In this document: piece by piece, positions 19,353 to 28,289 of the stretch
Numbering within the stretch: position 1 is the first letter of the stretch
Layout of the letters: every line of letters starts with the position of its first letter
Virus record (IMG/VR): IMGVR_UViG_3300042888_002988
Span: 32,001 to 96,000 of that record
Source of the DNA: a virus
Taxonomy: Duplodnaviria; Caudoviricetes
Reading direction: 5' to 3' (one strand)
Length of the DNA stretch: 64,000 nucleotides
The notes under the pieces: model-generated
What the model saw: the letters and a program-made list of their open reading frames with translations, nothing else
The model's database searches: none
What the model was told of the DNA's origin: nothing
Made by a program: the position numbers and the translations under genes

Positions 19353-19933
19353 TCATCGGCTCATTCTCCGGCGCACTGCAGCTCCTCCACGAGGGCAAGA
19401 TGGTGCGCCGCCTCAGCTGGGGCCACGCGATCCTGTTCATGACGCCGCCGGTCAGCATACCGCTGGAGGACATGACGGGAGCGCTGCGGGCGATCATCAG
19501 GCAGGGCGGGAAGGAAGCACTGGAGGACCAGGGCAACCTGCGCAAGGTCGACCTGGACGACGACAACAAGTGCGTCAACGGGTGGCTACCATCCTTCGAG
19601 GACCTCACCGCTGAGGATTGGGAATACGTCGAGATCAGCACCAAGCTGCCGCCTCGCATGAGTGAGCGGAAGTTCCATCGCACCCTGTTCACTGTCGAGG
19701 TGCTGTCGGAGGAGCCGATCCCCGAGATGGAGCTGAAGGACGTGCTGCACCGCATGGACGTCGACGACTTCGTGGGCAGCTGGAACCGGGAGGCGGCGAT
19801 GGAGCTGAACGCCAACCAGGTCGCCCTGTATCTCTACCAATACGGCTCGGAACCTGGGTTTTTCCAGCTCACGTCCGTAGGGGAGGAACTGCACACCAAA
19901 GAAGACGAGGAGGACCGCAGCCTTGAGCGCTAA
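19349..19933 (+). CDS. DUF2829 (Tad2-like) domain fused to a second small domain
   Basis: FSGALQLLHEGKMVRRLSW...GWLPSFEDLTAEDW. Confidence 0.75.
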   Translation: MIIGSFSGALQLLHEGKMVRRLSWGHAILFMTPPVSIPLEDMTGALRAIIRQGGKEALEDQGNLRKVDLDDDNKCVNGWLPSFEDLTAEDWEYVEISTKLPPRMSERKFHRTLFTVEVLSEEPIPEMELKDVLHRMDVDDFVGSWNREAAMELNANQVALYLYQYGSEPGFFQLTSVGEELHTKEDEEDRSLER

Positions 19934-20375
19934 AGATAAAAAGCAGTGGCCAGCCACGGCGACGATCCGCATGGATCTATGCCCGCGCTGCGGCCGTAGC
20001 CACGAGCGCATCGAGTTTCGTCGGTTCGAGCTGGGAGACTCACAGTTCACCCACTGGGCCTACTGCGAGGCCACCGGCGAACCGCTGCTGCTCAACATGG
20101 CGACGCCGCGGAACAAGCCGAGCAAGTTCCACGTTCGGTTCGTGGGCACCGGGAAGAAGGCGCAGTGCGCCCCCAACCCTAACTACCCGGACGGTATCGA
20201 TCTGCCGTCGCCGTTGCCGAACGAACCCAAGTGCAAAGTGACGCTGCCATACCCGGCAGCGGAAATCGGCGCATGGAAGGTGGAGTGCTCCGAGTGCGGA
20301 GCTCGGGTTGCCTGCACGGCTGCCGGCCGCCCCGATGACCCCAGATCCATTGAACTACCATGCAAGAAACCATGA
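19923..20375 (+). CDS. Cys-rich composite protein
   Basis: CPRCG...C; AQCAPNPNYPDG...CSEC...GRPDDPRS; TTG start uncertain. Confidence 0.65.
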   Translation: MSAKDKKQWPATATIRMDLCPRCGRSHERIEFRRFELGDSQFTHWAYCEATGEPLLLNMATPRNKPSKFHVRFVGTGKKAQCAPNPNYPDGIDLPSPLPNEPKCKVTLPYPAAEIGAWKVECSECGARVACTAAGRPDDPRSIELPCKKP

Positions 20376-20674
20376 CGCGACCTGAAGCATCCAACGAGTT
20401 CGGACAGCACGACTGGTCCGGTGACCGAGGTTCCATAGGTCACTGTCCCAACATGTGCCTAACGTGCGAGGCCCTGTTCTGGGGCCACAAGAGCAGAATG
20501 ATCTGCAGGAAGTGCGACGACGACCTCAGGGCGTGCAACATGCACCCTGGCGACATCAGCCCGCCGGTCTACGCCGGTGCCAAGCTGCGGCGGTTGTTGG
20601 TGTGGATGCTTCCAGCCGGTATCGCAGCGTGGGGAATCATCTATGCGATCGTGCGCGCCTGGTTTCTCAGGTAG
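20372..20674 (+). CDS. Zn-ribbon membrane protein
   Basis: CLTC...CRKC and a C-terminal TM segment. Confidence 0.6.
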   Translation: MTRPEASNEFGQHDWSGDRGSIGHCPNMCLTCEALFWGHKSRMICRKCDDDLRACNMHPGDISPPVYAGAKLRRLLVWMLPAGIAAWGIIYAIVRAWFLR

Positions 20675-20696
20675 CGGCGATTCAACCAGCAAACCT

Positions 20697-21242
20697 ATGA
20701 AACAACTACACATTGCCTTCGCCGCCTTCACCCCCGCCTACTACCGGTGGGAGGTGCAACGCATGATCCCCGTCATCTACCCCGGTGACGAAATCCAGTA
20801 TATGGAACCTGACGTTGGTCAGATCGAAGATGCCCTGCTACCGGAGGACGCCGTCGTGGGTGATCCCGTGTGGGCAGTCTACGGCCGGCGCACGGACGGC
20901 ATCGCGGAGCACATCTCCGACTTCGACGAGCTTGAGGCTGCGCTGAACCTGGTGCGATCACTGGGCTGCAGTAGCTTGTTTGTGCCGCCGGGTCCTACGT
21001 CCGAATGCCACGGGCGCCAAGTGTTGTTCGGCAATGACGACTGCGCAGAGTGGAGACCCAACGACTGGGTATACAATGCTCATCAGCTCGCGGTGAACGC
21101 TGGGCGCCACTTTGGTGAAGTAATCAACACGCAGGCCGAGGTATGGGAAGCGGTGCTGGAGTCACCTGACCAGAAGCGCAGCTCCTACAAGGCGCAGCAT
21201 TTGCTGGAGGAAATCGTAACCCTCATGGCCCACGCAATATGA
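20697..21242 (+). CDS. Hypothetical protein
   Basis: AC-rich leader then ATG. Confidence 0.6.
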   Translation: MKQLHIAFAAFTPAYYRWEVQRMIPVIYPGDEIQYMEPDVGQIEDALLPEDAVVGDPVWAVYGRRTDGIAEHISDFDELEAALNLVRSLGCSSLFVPPGPTSECHGRQVLFGNDDCAEWRPNDWVYNAHQLAVNAGRHFGEVINTQAEVWEAVLESPDQKRSSYKAQHLLEEIVTLMAHAI

Positions 21243-21433
21243 GATGGATCTACTCCGAACTCGGCGCTCCCATGTGGGAGTGGCCGGGACTACAGGCGGT
21301 GATGTTCTACGCCCCCGATCCTCCGTTCAGTCCTGGTGGGCCTCCGCCAATGACCGACCGTGAGTGGGAGGTGTTCGAGCAAGCCAGGGTGGAGCGCTAC
21401 AAGCGCGAGATGCGGAAGTGGCAGGCTGCCTGA
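21239..21433 (+). CDS. Small hypothetical protein
   Basis: ATGA overlap. Confidence 0.5.
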   Translation: MRWIYSELGAPMWEWPGLQAVMFYAPDPPFSPGGPPPMTDREWEVFEQARVERYKREMRKWQAA

Positions 21434-21456
21434 GGAAACTTTTACCCACCTACCTC

Positions 21457-21828
21457 ATGTATCTCAACCAACTACGACTCGGCCAAAGTGCATTCCGCAG
21501 CGACGCGCTCCACAAGATCTACAGCTGGGCGCCCTCCAAGGCCCGCAGCTACACCATCGAGAGAATCGAGCGCTACGAATACGGCGTGTTCAAGATCCGT
21601 CGCCGCTACTTCACCGTGACCGTGACCTATTACTCACGGGCCGACGAGGGAAGCTACCGCTTCGGTGACTGGAGCTGGAAGCGCTACTGCCTCGGCCATG
21701 AGCGTTTCCCAGTGCTGCGCGTCGTGAAGCGATCAGTCCCAGAGCCGTCCGTCGCCCGACGTATCGTCATGGGCGAGTCCACGTCGCACCCGGACAAGTT
21801 CCGGCGCGGCGAGCGCGTCGAAGTGTAA
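21457..21828 (+). CDS. Hypothetical basic protein
   Basis: ATG after CCTACCTC leader. Confidence 0.6.
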   Translation: MYLNQLRLGQSAFRSDALHKIYSWAPSKARSYTIERIERYEYGVFKIRRRYFTVTVTYYSRADEGSYRFGDWSWKRYCLGHERFPVLRVVKRSVPEPSVARRIVMGESTSHPDKFRRGERVEV

Positions 21829-21897
21829 AAAAAGGTGGGGGCGCGGCAGGCAAACCCAAAACCGCCACGCCCCCGTGCTCAGGTTACTCGCCTGAAC
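21827..21897 (-). ncRNA. Putative small antisense RNA of about 71 nt
   Basis: Minus strand TTGATT-17-AATACT promoter; predicted +1 at the first G of a 7-bp hairpin (GTTCAGG/CCTGAGC); then a GC hairpin and T7. Confidence 0.45.
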
Positions 21898-21931
21898 GCC
21901 CGCAGTATTATCGCCAAACCAAGTAAAATCA

Positions 21932-22159
21932 ATGCCAATCGCCCCGCTCCAACCACGCCTCGTAGGCGGGTTTCCACGCTTCGTTTTCAGTCGTGACGGC
22001 TCCCTGAAGGGGGAAGTCACGTCCACCACCCGCCGCTGCCAGCTGGAAGGCTGCAACGGCAAACGCTTGGGCGTCAAATGGCCCGACGGTCGCACCACGT
22101 ATCCATGCACCAAGGGGCTCGAGGGCACCGACGTTGAGGACACCTGGAAAATCGGATAA
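21932..22159 (+). CDS. Small Cys-containing protein
   Basis: RRCQLEGC.G.RL.V.WPDG..TYPCTKG. Confidence 0.65.
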   Translation: MPIAPLQPRLVGGFPRFVFSRDGSLKGEVTSTTRRCQLEGCNGKRLGVKWPDGRTTYPCTKGLEGTDVEDTWKIG

Positions 22160-22169
22160 CAACAACAAC

Positions 22170-22282
22170 ACCGGGGAGCCCGCAGGAAGCGGGATAGAAT
22201 CCGAGAAAGTGGGGCCCCCTCGAAAGGACAACGGTCGTAACCAGCCACCCACCTGCAGGTTCGAGTCCTGCCCCCGGTTCCA
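22170..22282 (+). ncRNA. tRNA-like RNA (113 nt) with acceptor stem, T arm and encoded CCA but no anticodon arm
   Basis: ACCGGGG/CCCCGGT-T-CCA; GCAGG-TTCGAGT-CCTGC; D-like hairpin CCCGC-AGGAA-GCGGG; entirely intergenic. Confidence 0.7.
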
Positions 22283-22298
22283 CTCTACACCAACAAAT

Positions 22299-22940
22299 AT
22301 GAAGACCATCGATCAAATCGCATACACCGGCCTCCACTCCAAGGAGGGCAACGCACGCATGACACCCATGAGCAGATCGGAAACCGATCTGTTCCTGAAG
22401 TTGACCATGGGGGAAATGAGCAAGGGCAGCGGTCCGCCCGAAAAAGGCAGCCCTGAGGACAAGCTGCGGGACGAGCTGCTGAAAGAGACGATCACGAAGA
22501 TCATTACGTCACGCATTACAGGTTCGACCGGTCTGCCGTGGGAGGAAGTTGTCAGCTTCTCCGCCCTGGCGTTCATCGGATGCCTCGATGTCATAGAGAA
22601 CCCAGCGCAGTGCGTGCTGTGGGCTTACACACTGGTTTACATGCGGGCCGCCGAAGGTGAGGTCATCGACATGAACCTGCTGGCCCAGTGGTTCCCTGTG
22701 GGCTTCCCGCCGGCGGACTACTACCGTGACGTGTGGGACAAGCAGAAGGGGTATATGCTGCAGGTCGAGAACTGCGACAACTTCCTCGATCGCGGGGAGT
22801 GGTGGCAGGAACTGGCGGCTATCATCAACAAGTCCACGGAGAGGCCCACCATGGGACCGGCCCGTCCGCCAGTCGACACCAGCGACATCGTCGAGGTAGA
22901 TAGCGAAGATGAGATTCACGCGCCGACCCATGAAGCTTGA
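22299..22940 (+). CDS. Hypothetical protein
   Basis: ATG 22299 after AC-rich leader. Confidence 0.65.
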   Translation: MKTIDQIAYTGLHSKEGNARMTPMSRSETDLFLKLTMGEMSKGSGPPEKGSPEDKLRDELLKETITKIITSRITGSTGLPWEEVVSFSALAFIGCLDVIENPAQCVLWAYTLVYMRAAEGEVIDMNLLAQWFPVGFPPADYYRDVWDKQKGYMLQVENCDNFLDRGEWWQELAAIINKSTERPTMGPARPPVDTSDIVEVDSEDEIHAPTHEA

Positions 22941-23493
22941 TCCGAACGAACGCAACGTAACGAATCGGCACTGGCTGCTGGCAGATCTTCACCTGGGGCA
23001 CCACAACGTCCTACGCCACGATAGTAGGCCGTGGGATGACATTATTGCTCACGATGCGGCGATGACCATTGCCTGCGCGGCGCCTGGCCAGAAAAACCGC
23101 ACGCTGTGGCTGCTGGGAGACATCGCCTCACGTAAGGCGGGGCTGGAGGAGTTCATGAAAGTCCAGCGTGGCCGTTGGGGGAAGATAATCCTGATCCGAG
23201 GCAACCACGACGACAAGATCGCGTGGCGGCACCGGGACTTGTTCGACGAGGCACACGAGGCGATCTACGTGCGCCTGACTCGCGATGTCAGGATGTATTT
23301 GAGCCACTACGCGCACCGCACCTGGCGCGGCTCGCACCGTGGAACGTATCACCTGCACGGCCACAGCCACGGCGCGCTACCTCGCCACGGCCGGTCGATG
23401 GACGTCGGCGCGCCGTGCGTTGGCTATAAGCCGATCTGCCTGACGGAATGCATCGAGATACTGGAAGCTGCACTACCAACCAATCATCACTGA
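22930..23493 (+). CDS. Calcineurin-like metallophosphoesterase
   Basis: ADLHLGH, LGDI, RGNHD, SHY, HGHSH. Confidence 0.9.
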   Translation: MKLDPNERNVTNRHWLLADLHLGHHNVLRHDSRPWDDIIAHDAAMTIACAAPGQKNRTLWLLGDIASRKAGLEEFMKVQRGRWGKIILIRGNHDDKIAWRHRDLFDEAHEAIYVRLTRDVRMYLSHYAHRTWRGSHRGTYHLHGHSHGALPRHGRSMDVGAPCVGYKPICLTECIEILEAALPTNHH

Positions 23494-23826
23494 ATGGCCA
23501 GCCCTGACAACCAAGAAAGCCTGACTGAGATCCAAAAGCTCCGGAATGAGTTAAAAGCCGAGCGCTGTAAGAACACACGCGCCGCCAATGAAATCAAAAG
23601 GCTCCAGCGTCTCCTGCACCCACCAAGCGTAGGAGAAGCAGTCGCAATGCGGTGCGGCTGGAAACTTTGGATACTGGACCCCGAACCTCGCGTGGTGCGG
23701 GGCAGCCCGCAATACATAGAATACGACGGGGACGAGCCTCCGATGCCGCTGATATACGACATCGACGGTCCGCACTACGACGACGAATACACTCATCACC
23801 GACTAAGACCAATCACTGACCCATAA
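23494..23826 (+). CDS. Hypothetical protein
   Basis: Abuts the upstream stop; N-terminal coiled coil. Confidence 0.5.
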   Translation: MASPDNQESLTEIQKLRNELKAERCKNTRAANEIKRLQRLLHPPSVGEAVAMRCGWKLWILDPEPRVVRGSPQYIEYDGDEPPMPLIYDIDGPHYDDEYTHHRLRPITDP

Positions 23827-25863
23827 ATGAACACTACCCTAACCCCACCAACTGACCCGGATACATTCTGGGCATCCGTAGACGCTCGCTTCCTCGAGAA
23901 AGTCGATCGCGTCTTTGACGCCTCGCCGAAAACCGTGTGGATCGAGCTGCTGCAGAACGCACGCCGCGCCGGCGCCGACAAGGTTTCCGTCAGCTTCACC
24001 AAAGTGGACGAGCACCACGTCGGCGTGCTGTTCGAGGACAACGGCTCCGGCTGTGACAGTCCTGAGATCCTGCTGCGCCTGGCCGCCCGCGGCTGGAGCC
24101 AGAACGTCGAGCACGAGGAGGATCCCGCCGGCATGGGGTTCTTCTGCCTGTCCAACTTCCCGACCGTGGAGGTCGCCTCACGCCTGTGGAGCACCACACT
24201 GACGCCGACCATCTTCCGCGGGGCCGAGCCTGCCCGCCGTCAGATCAACACTGACTTCGCGCAGGGGATGGTGGTGAACTGGGTGTGGGAGGGCGTAGAC
24301 GTCAGCACGCTGGACATCAAGCTGCGTGAGGCCGCCGAGTTCTGCGGACTGAAGGAGGTGGACATCTACGCCGAGGGTGTGAAGCAGATCGCCATAGTTC
24401 CCGGTGACTTCATGGCCGGCTGCACCATGTTCCGGGACATTCCCGAGCTGGGCGTCAGGATCGGCGCACGGGAGCCAGACGCCAGGGAGCGTTACCTCTA
24501 CGACTTCGGCCACCCCAGGATCAAGCTGAACTTCCGCGGCGTGGTATTGGAATGGGTGAGCAATGCGATGGGTGATTACTTGCCGAACATCGCCAGGAGC
24601 CACGTGCAGCTCCACGTCGAAGTGGCGCACACACGGGAGCTGCAGCTGGTGTTGCCGGCCCGCAATGCTGTGAAGCACAACGCTGCTAGGGCGGCCCTGC
24701 TGGAGGCGTGCGAGAAGCTGGTCTACGAGTGGATCAACGACCACGCGACACCCACCAAAGGCCGCGGAACGGTAGGTCACAAGCTGCCGTTCAGTATCTA
24801 CCGGAGGGCACTGGACAAGTTCGGGGTGGACCTGGGCGAGGCTGAGTTCGATCTAAGCCAGGTGTCGTATCACAGCAGCTCCACGACAGGTCTGAAGCTG
24901 CTGGCGCACCCGGATGCGCAGCGGTGGCAGGACTTCGAGACGGTGCTCGGACTCTACAACCGCGAGCATGTCGGCAAGGAGTCGTTCCTGATCCCCTTCA
25001 CGCCCAACAACGACATGCAGGGTTACTCGTGGTATGACGAGCTGCCGAAGCTGACCGACATCATCCTGCGCGTGGACGGGCGTGAGATGCGACTTGAGGA
25101 GCTTGCGGAGTGCCAGTTCGACAAGCACGAGGACAAGCAGTTCCACGAGTTCGTGGAGGACATCGAAGTGGAGTTCGCGGTGGACAACGGAGAATCCTAC
25201 AAGTTCAAACCGGCCGCTGTCGTCGCCGGTGAGAGCACGGTGAACTACTTCGACGCGCTGGACCGGGATGTTCACATCTTCCTGTCCCGCACCATCCTGA
25301 CGGATCCGAAGGTGATGTATGCGACCATGGACCGGCTGAGCGGGTGCTTATTTGAGCCCAGCGGCGATTCGGAAGACAGCTCTGAGGCGCAGTCGGAAGA
25401 GTTCGATAAAGACCTGGCGGCTTGGATCCTGAGGTTGTGTGACCGCCGGAAAGAGGCGCTGCTTCACATCCTGGAGCAGGAGGCGCGCAACATCGGCTAC
25501 GACGTGCGCGATGCCTCACTGAGCTGGACCATCCGCTACGATGGCAGGTTCCACGAGGAAGAGGACTTCCCGGGTATGCAGGTCATCAGTTTCCAATACA
25601 GCAAGGAGGAGGCTGACAACCACAAGTTCCTGTGCGCCGAGCCCCGCGGCACGGACAGCTGGATCGAGGAGGTCGTGTCGGAGACTGAGATCACCCACGC
25701 GCGCATCGAAGCCTACCTGCGCATTCAGCGCGAGTTCGATGACGATGACGGGTGGATCCTTGATAGCCCGCGCAAGCCCGTCGACTTGGACAAGTGGGAG
25801 AAGGAGAACCAGGAGAAACTTGCTGCTTACGAGAGTGAGCGCGAGGACGACGCCGACGTGTAA
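23827..25863 (+). CDS. GHKL (HATPase_c-like) ATPase with long C-terminal region
   Basis: ELLQNARRAGA, FEDNGSGC, DPAGMGFF. Confidence 0.82.
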   Translation: MNTTLTPPTDPDTFWASVDARFLEKVDRVFDASPKTVWIELLQNARRAGADKVSVSFTKVDEHHVGVLFEDNGSGCDSPEILLRLAARGWSQNVEHEEDPAGMGFFCLSNFPTVEVASRLWSTTLTPTIFRGAEPARRQINTDFAQGMVVNWVWEGVDVSTLDIKLREAAEFCGLKEVDIYAEGVKQIAIVPGDFMAGCTMFRDIPELGVRIGAREPDARERYLYDFGHPRIKLNFRGVVLEWVSNAMGDYLPNIARSHVQLHVEVAHTRELQLVLPARNAVKHNAARAALLEACEKLVYEWINDHATPTKGRGTVGHKLPFSIYRRALDKFGVDLGEAEFDLSQVSYHSSSTTGLKLLAHPDAQRWQDFETVLGLYNREHVGKESFLIPFTPNNDMQGYSWYDELPKLTDIILRVDGREMRLEELAECQFDKHEDKQFHEFVEDIEVEFAVDNGESYKFKPAAVVAGESTVNYFDALDRDVHIFLSRTILTDPKVMYATMDRLSGCLFEPSGDSEDSSEAQSEEFDKDLAAWILRLCDRRKEALLHILEQEARNIGYDVRDASLSWTIRYDGRFHEEEDFPGMQVISFQYSKEEADNHKFLCAEPRGTDSWIEEVVSETEITHARIEAYLRIQREFDDDDGWILDSPRKPVDLDKWEKENQEKLAAYESEREDDADV

Positions 25864-25878
25864 AGAAACGTGCCGAAT

Positions 25879-25907
25879 TTGAACAGATCGAGGACCACGT
25901 GTATAAA
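25879..25907 (+). promoter_or_regulatory. Sigma70-like promoter
   Basis: TTGAAC-17-TATAAA in an AT-rich intergenic gap. Confidence 0.65.
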
Positions 25908-25927
25908 AAAGCTAAAAAATTGAACAT

Positions 25928-26752
25928 ATGTCATCAGCCACCCATCACCACCCAGATCCCAACCTACCCAACGAAATCAAATTCGACATCGGGGGCAAAA
26001 CTGTCCTGCTCCTGACTGTCGAGGGCATGACCTACAACGGTCAGTTCATCCAGGACGCCGGCGAAGCTCACAAGGCTATGGTGAACGTCCTCGCGGCAGC
26101 CGGAGACGCGCAGGCCCAGTATCGCGACACACAGGTCCAGCGCCTCATACAGGAGGTGCGCGAATTCGCCAAATGGAGCGAGGGCATCTTCCATGAGTAT
26201 GCCAACCTCAAGCCTGACGATTGCGACGCGCCTGAAGTGCAGGCAGAGACGGCGGCCAGCATCGATGAAGACCGTCAATACCTGCAGCGTTTCATGGCCG
26301 CGCTTAATTTGACACCGGAGGGTGAAGAAGAGGACGAGGACGAGGCCTGGATCTACACCGCGGAGTATCTCAACGAGATCATCACCTACGGTATGGTGGA
26401 AGGCGGCTACATGCCCGACTCGAACATCCTCCTCACACCGCCGGGACCGAGCCGGGAGGAGATGCTGGAGTCCGTGCGGAAGGCGATCCGCTGCCACACC
26501 GACGACATCGACCCGAACATGCCGCCTTGGGTCATCAAAGCCCTGCGGGAAATGCTCGAGGACGAAGTGTTGCTTCTCACGCTGTATCACGAGGTCTGCG
26601 CCACCGGGTGGATGGAGGGGAGACGGCTGTTCGAAGGCTGCGCGCTGCAGAGCTGGACGCCGGAACCTGATGCCCCGGACGCCCTGCAACGCATACGCGT
26701 GTTCAGGGACCGGTGCGTGCCGCCAACCAAGCCCGAGGAGGTGGAGGCGTGA
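25928..26752 (+). CDS. Hypothetical composite protein
   Basis: 274 aa ORF downstream of the promoter. Confidence 0.65.
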   Translation: MSSATHHHPDPNLPNEIKFDIGGKTVLLLTVEGMTYNGQFIQDAGEAHKAMVNVLAAAGDAQAQYRDTQVQRLIQEVREFAKWSEGIFHEYANLKPDDCDAPEVQAETAASIDEDRQYLQRFMAALNLTPEGEEEDEDEAWIYTAEYLNEIITYGMVEGGYMPDSNILLTPPGPSREEMLESVRKAIRCHTDDIDPNMPPWVIKALREMLEDEVLLLTLYHEVCATGWMEGRRLFEGCALQSWTPEPDAPDALQRIRVFRDRCVPPTKPEEVEA

Positions 26753-27012
26753 CACCGCACGAGGCGTTCTCCCGCAAGAGGCTGCTGGCGCTCATCAAGG
26801 AGGTCACGCAGGCCATGGGTGAGCAGTATACGGACGACGCGCTGGATGCGTTGGTGCACGACTGCTTCGCGGAGCAGTCGGCAGAGGTCAACAACAGCGG
26901 CAAGCCAGCGCAGATTGAGTGCTTGCTCAAGCACGGCTGGACGCCCGAGGACATCCTCGGCCGCCTGCGCATACAGAAGGAAGACGCTGCAGAAGAGGAG
27001 GACGAGTCATGA
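26749..27012 (+). CDS. Hypothetical protein
   Basis: GGAGGT-N6-GTGA coupled start. Confidence 0.6.
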   Translation: MTPHEAFSRKRLLALIKEVTQAMGEQYTDDALDALVHDCFAEQSAEVNNSGKPAQIECLLKHGWTPEDILGRLRIQKEDAAEEEDES

Positions 27013-27548
27013 TCTACACCGTTGGATACGAGGTAGGATACGATGAGCAGCTCGCCGGCCCCAACGCGCACAAGTTCGACAAGGTCGGGCGCAACGGCAG
27101 CTACCCCGGTGGCTTCGCGGTGCGCACGCCCTTGGAGGCTGCCAGGCTGATCCAAGAGTGGGGCAAGAAAGGCGAGTGGGCCACCTACGAGGTGGATGCT
27201 GACTGGGAGATGGACACCAAGCCGTCCCTGCAAGGCTGGTGGCATGCTTTGCAGCGGAACGCCCGGATCCTCCGCAAGGTGGAAACGCCCGAGCTGCTGC
27301 CGCCGCACCCGGAGCACTGGCACATGGAGTATCAGTCGGTTGTCAATGTCCGCATCATCGCGCCTATGGAGGAGCAGGACGTTGTCCTCAACTGGTTCTA
27401 TGACCGGGGAGGTAGGACGCTCCGGAGTGGTCCGTTGATAGTGGCCTTCCCGCACGTGGATTCATCGCAGCTGGATATCAGCGGATGGATCCCGCTGACG
27501 GGATCTGCCTTGCAGCCGGAGCCATATTCCGATAAGGAGGAGCTATGA
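27009..27548 (+). CDS. Hypothetical protein
   Basis: GGAGGA-N6-ATGA coupled start. Confidence 0.65.
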   Translation: MIYTVGYEVGYDEQLAGPNAHKFDKVGRNGSYPGGFAVRTPLEAARLIQEWGKKGEWATYEVDADWEMDTKPSLQGWWHALQRNARILRKVETPELLPPHPEHWHMEYQSVVNVRIIAPMEEQDVVLNWFYDRGGRTLRSGPLIVAFPHVDSSQLDISGWIPLTGSALQPEPYSDKEEL

Positions 27549-27658
27549 AAGATCCGGAGTTCCCAGCTATTGTGGTGTTCGTCTGCGGCACACTGCTGCT
27601 TATCCTAGCGATCGGCTCCAAAATACTCCTATGGCTGAAGCCAGACCTATTCAGATGA
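27545..27658 (+). CDS. 37-aa single-TM peptide
   Basis: MKDPEFPAIVVFVCGTLLLILAIGSKILLWLKPDLFR; SD plus ATGA overlap; below the ORF-track cutoff. Confidence 0.5.
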   Translation: MKDPEFPAIVVFVCGTLLLILAIGSKILLWLKPDLFR

Positions 27659-27667
27659 TCTACATCC

Positions 27668-28228
27668 TCACGAGTCGTATAGTGCTTTCAATATGGTTTT
27701 ACCGGCTGTCGCTGACCAGTTTGCGGCGCTCTCCTGTGAGTTCGTCAACCTCGCGTCGAAATGGGGGAAAGTAGGCCATTCGACTTCGCTGCCGTGCGCG
27801 ACATTGATCTGCTCCGGTAGGTCGTCCCGCTGAAGCAGCACCATCTTGGCACCCGCCGCGCGCAGAGCTTCGTATTCGTTAATGAATCGGCAGTCGTCGA
27901 TCACGACTCTGTGTCCGTGTTGTGTGAGCGATACCGCGCGCCGGATGGCTGCGTTCACCCAGATGCCGTTGCCGATGGAGTTGCGGCCCCACTCGGTACC
28001 CAGCGTCTGCAGGGTGTGACGCAGGGTGCGACCTTCGAGTGCATCCATCGGCTCGTTCTTGGGCAGCTGGCGAACCTTGTGGATCGGCAGTCGCAGCAAT
28101 GCGGCTACCATATCGTAAAGCGGGTCAGCGAACGCCACGCGCGTGAAGTTGAAGCGATCAACCAAGGATTGCGCCGCAGTGGTCTTACCGACCTGTTGCG
28201 GCCCGCAGAGTGCGATGATGTCGGGCAT
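27668..28228 (-). CDS. Deoxynucleoside monophosphate kinase
   Basis: IIALCGPQQVGKTT P-loop, AFADPL, R..LQTLGTEWGR, VVIDDCRF.NE. Confidence 0.92.
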   Translation of the reverse strand: MPDIIALCGPQQVGKTTAAQSLVDRFNFTRVAFADPLYDMVAALLRLPIHKVRQLPKNEPMDALEGRTLRHTLQTLGTEWGRNSIGNGIWVNAAIRRAVSLTQHGHRVVIDDCRFINEYEALRAAGAKMVLLQRDDLPEQINVAHGSEVEWPTFPHFDARLTNSQESAANWSATAGKTILKALYDS

Positions 28229-28234
28229 GCCGCT

Positions 28235-28263
28235 ACTTCGGCGCAGCCCACCATCAACGTCAA
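28235..28263 (-). promoter_or_regulatory. Putative leaderless promoter for the dNMP kinase
   Basis: Minus strand TTGACG-17-CGAAGT-6-ATG. Confidence 0.45.
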
Positions 28264-28289
28264 GAGGAGATTCAATAAATTGAACGATC

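Noticed and set aside
21843-21870. c-di-GMP-I riboswitch (GGCAAACC)
   Set aside because: Only this short motif matches; the P2/P3 architecture is absent, and the region is better explained as a minus-strand hairpin plus U-tract.
22170-22282. Canonical tRNA, tRNA-Sec or tmRNA
   Set aside because: There is no pairable anticodon stem with a 7-nt loop, no UCA, no G3:U70, and it is far too short for tmRNA. Kept as a tRNA-like RNA.
21929-22309. Minus-strand 126-aa ORF
   Set aside because: WNRGQDSNLQ is the typical antisense translation of a tRNA T arm; it is an artefact of the tRNA-like RNA.
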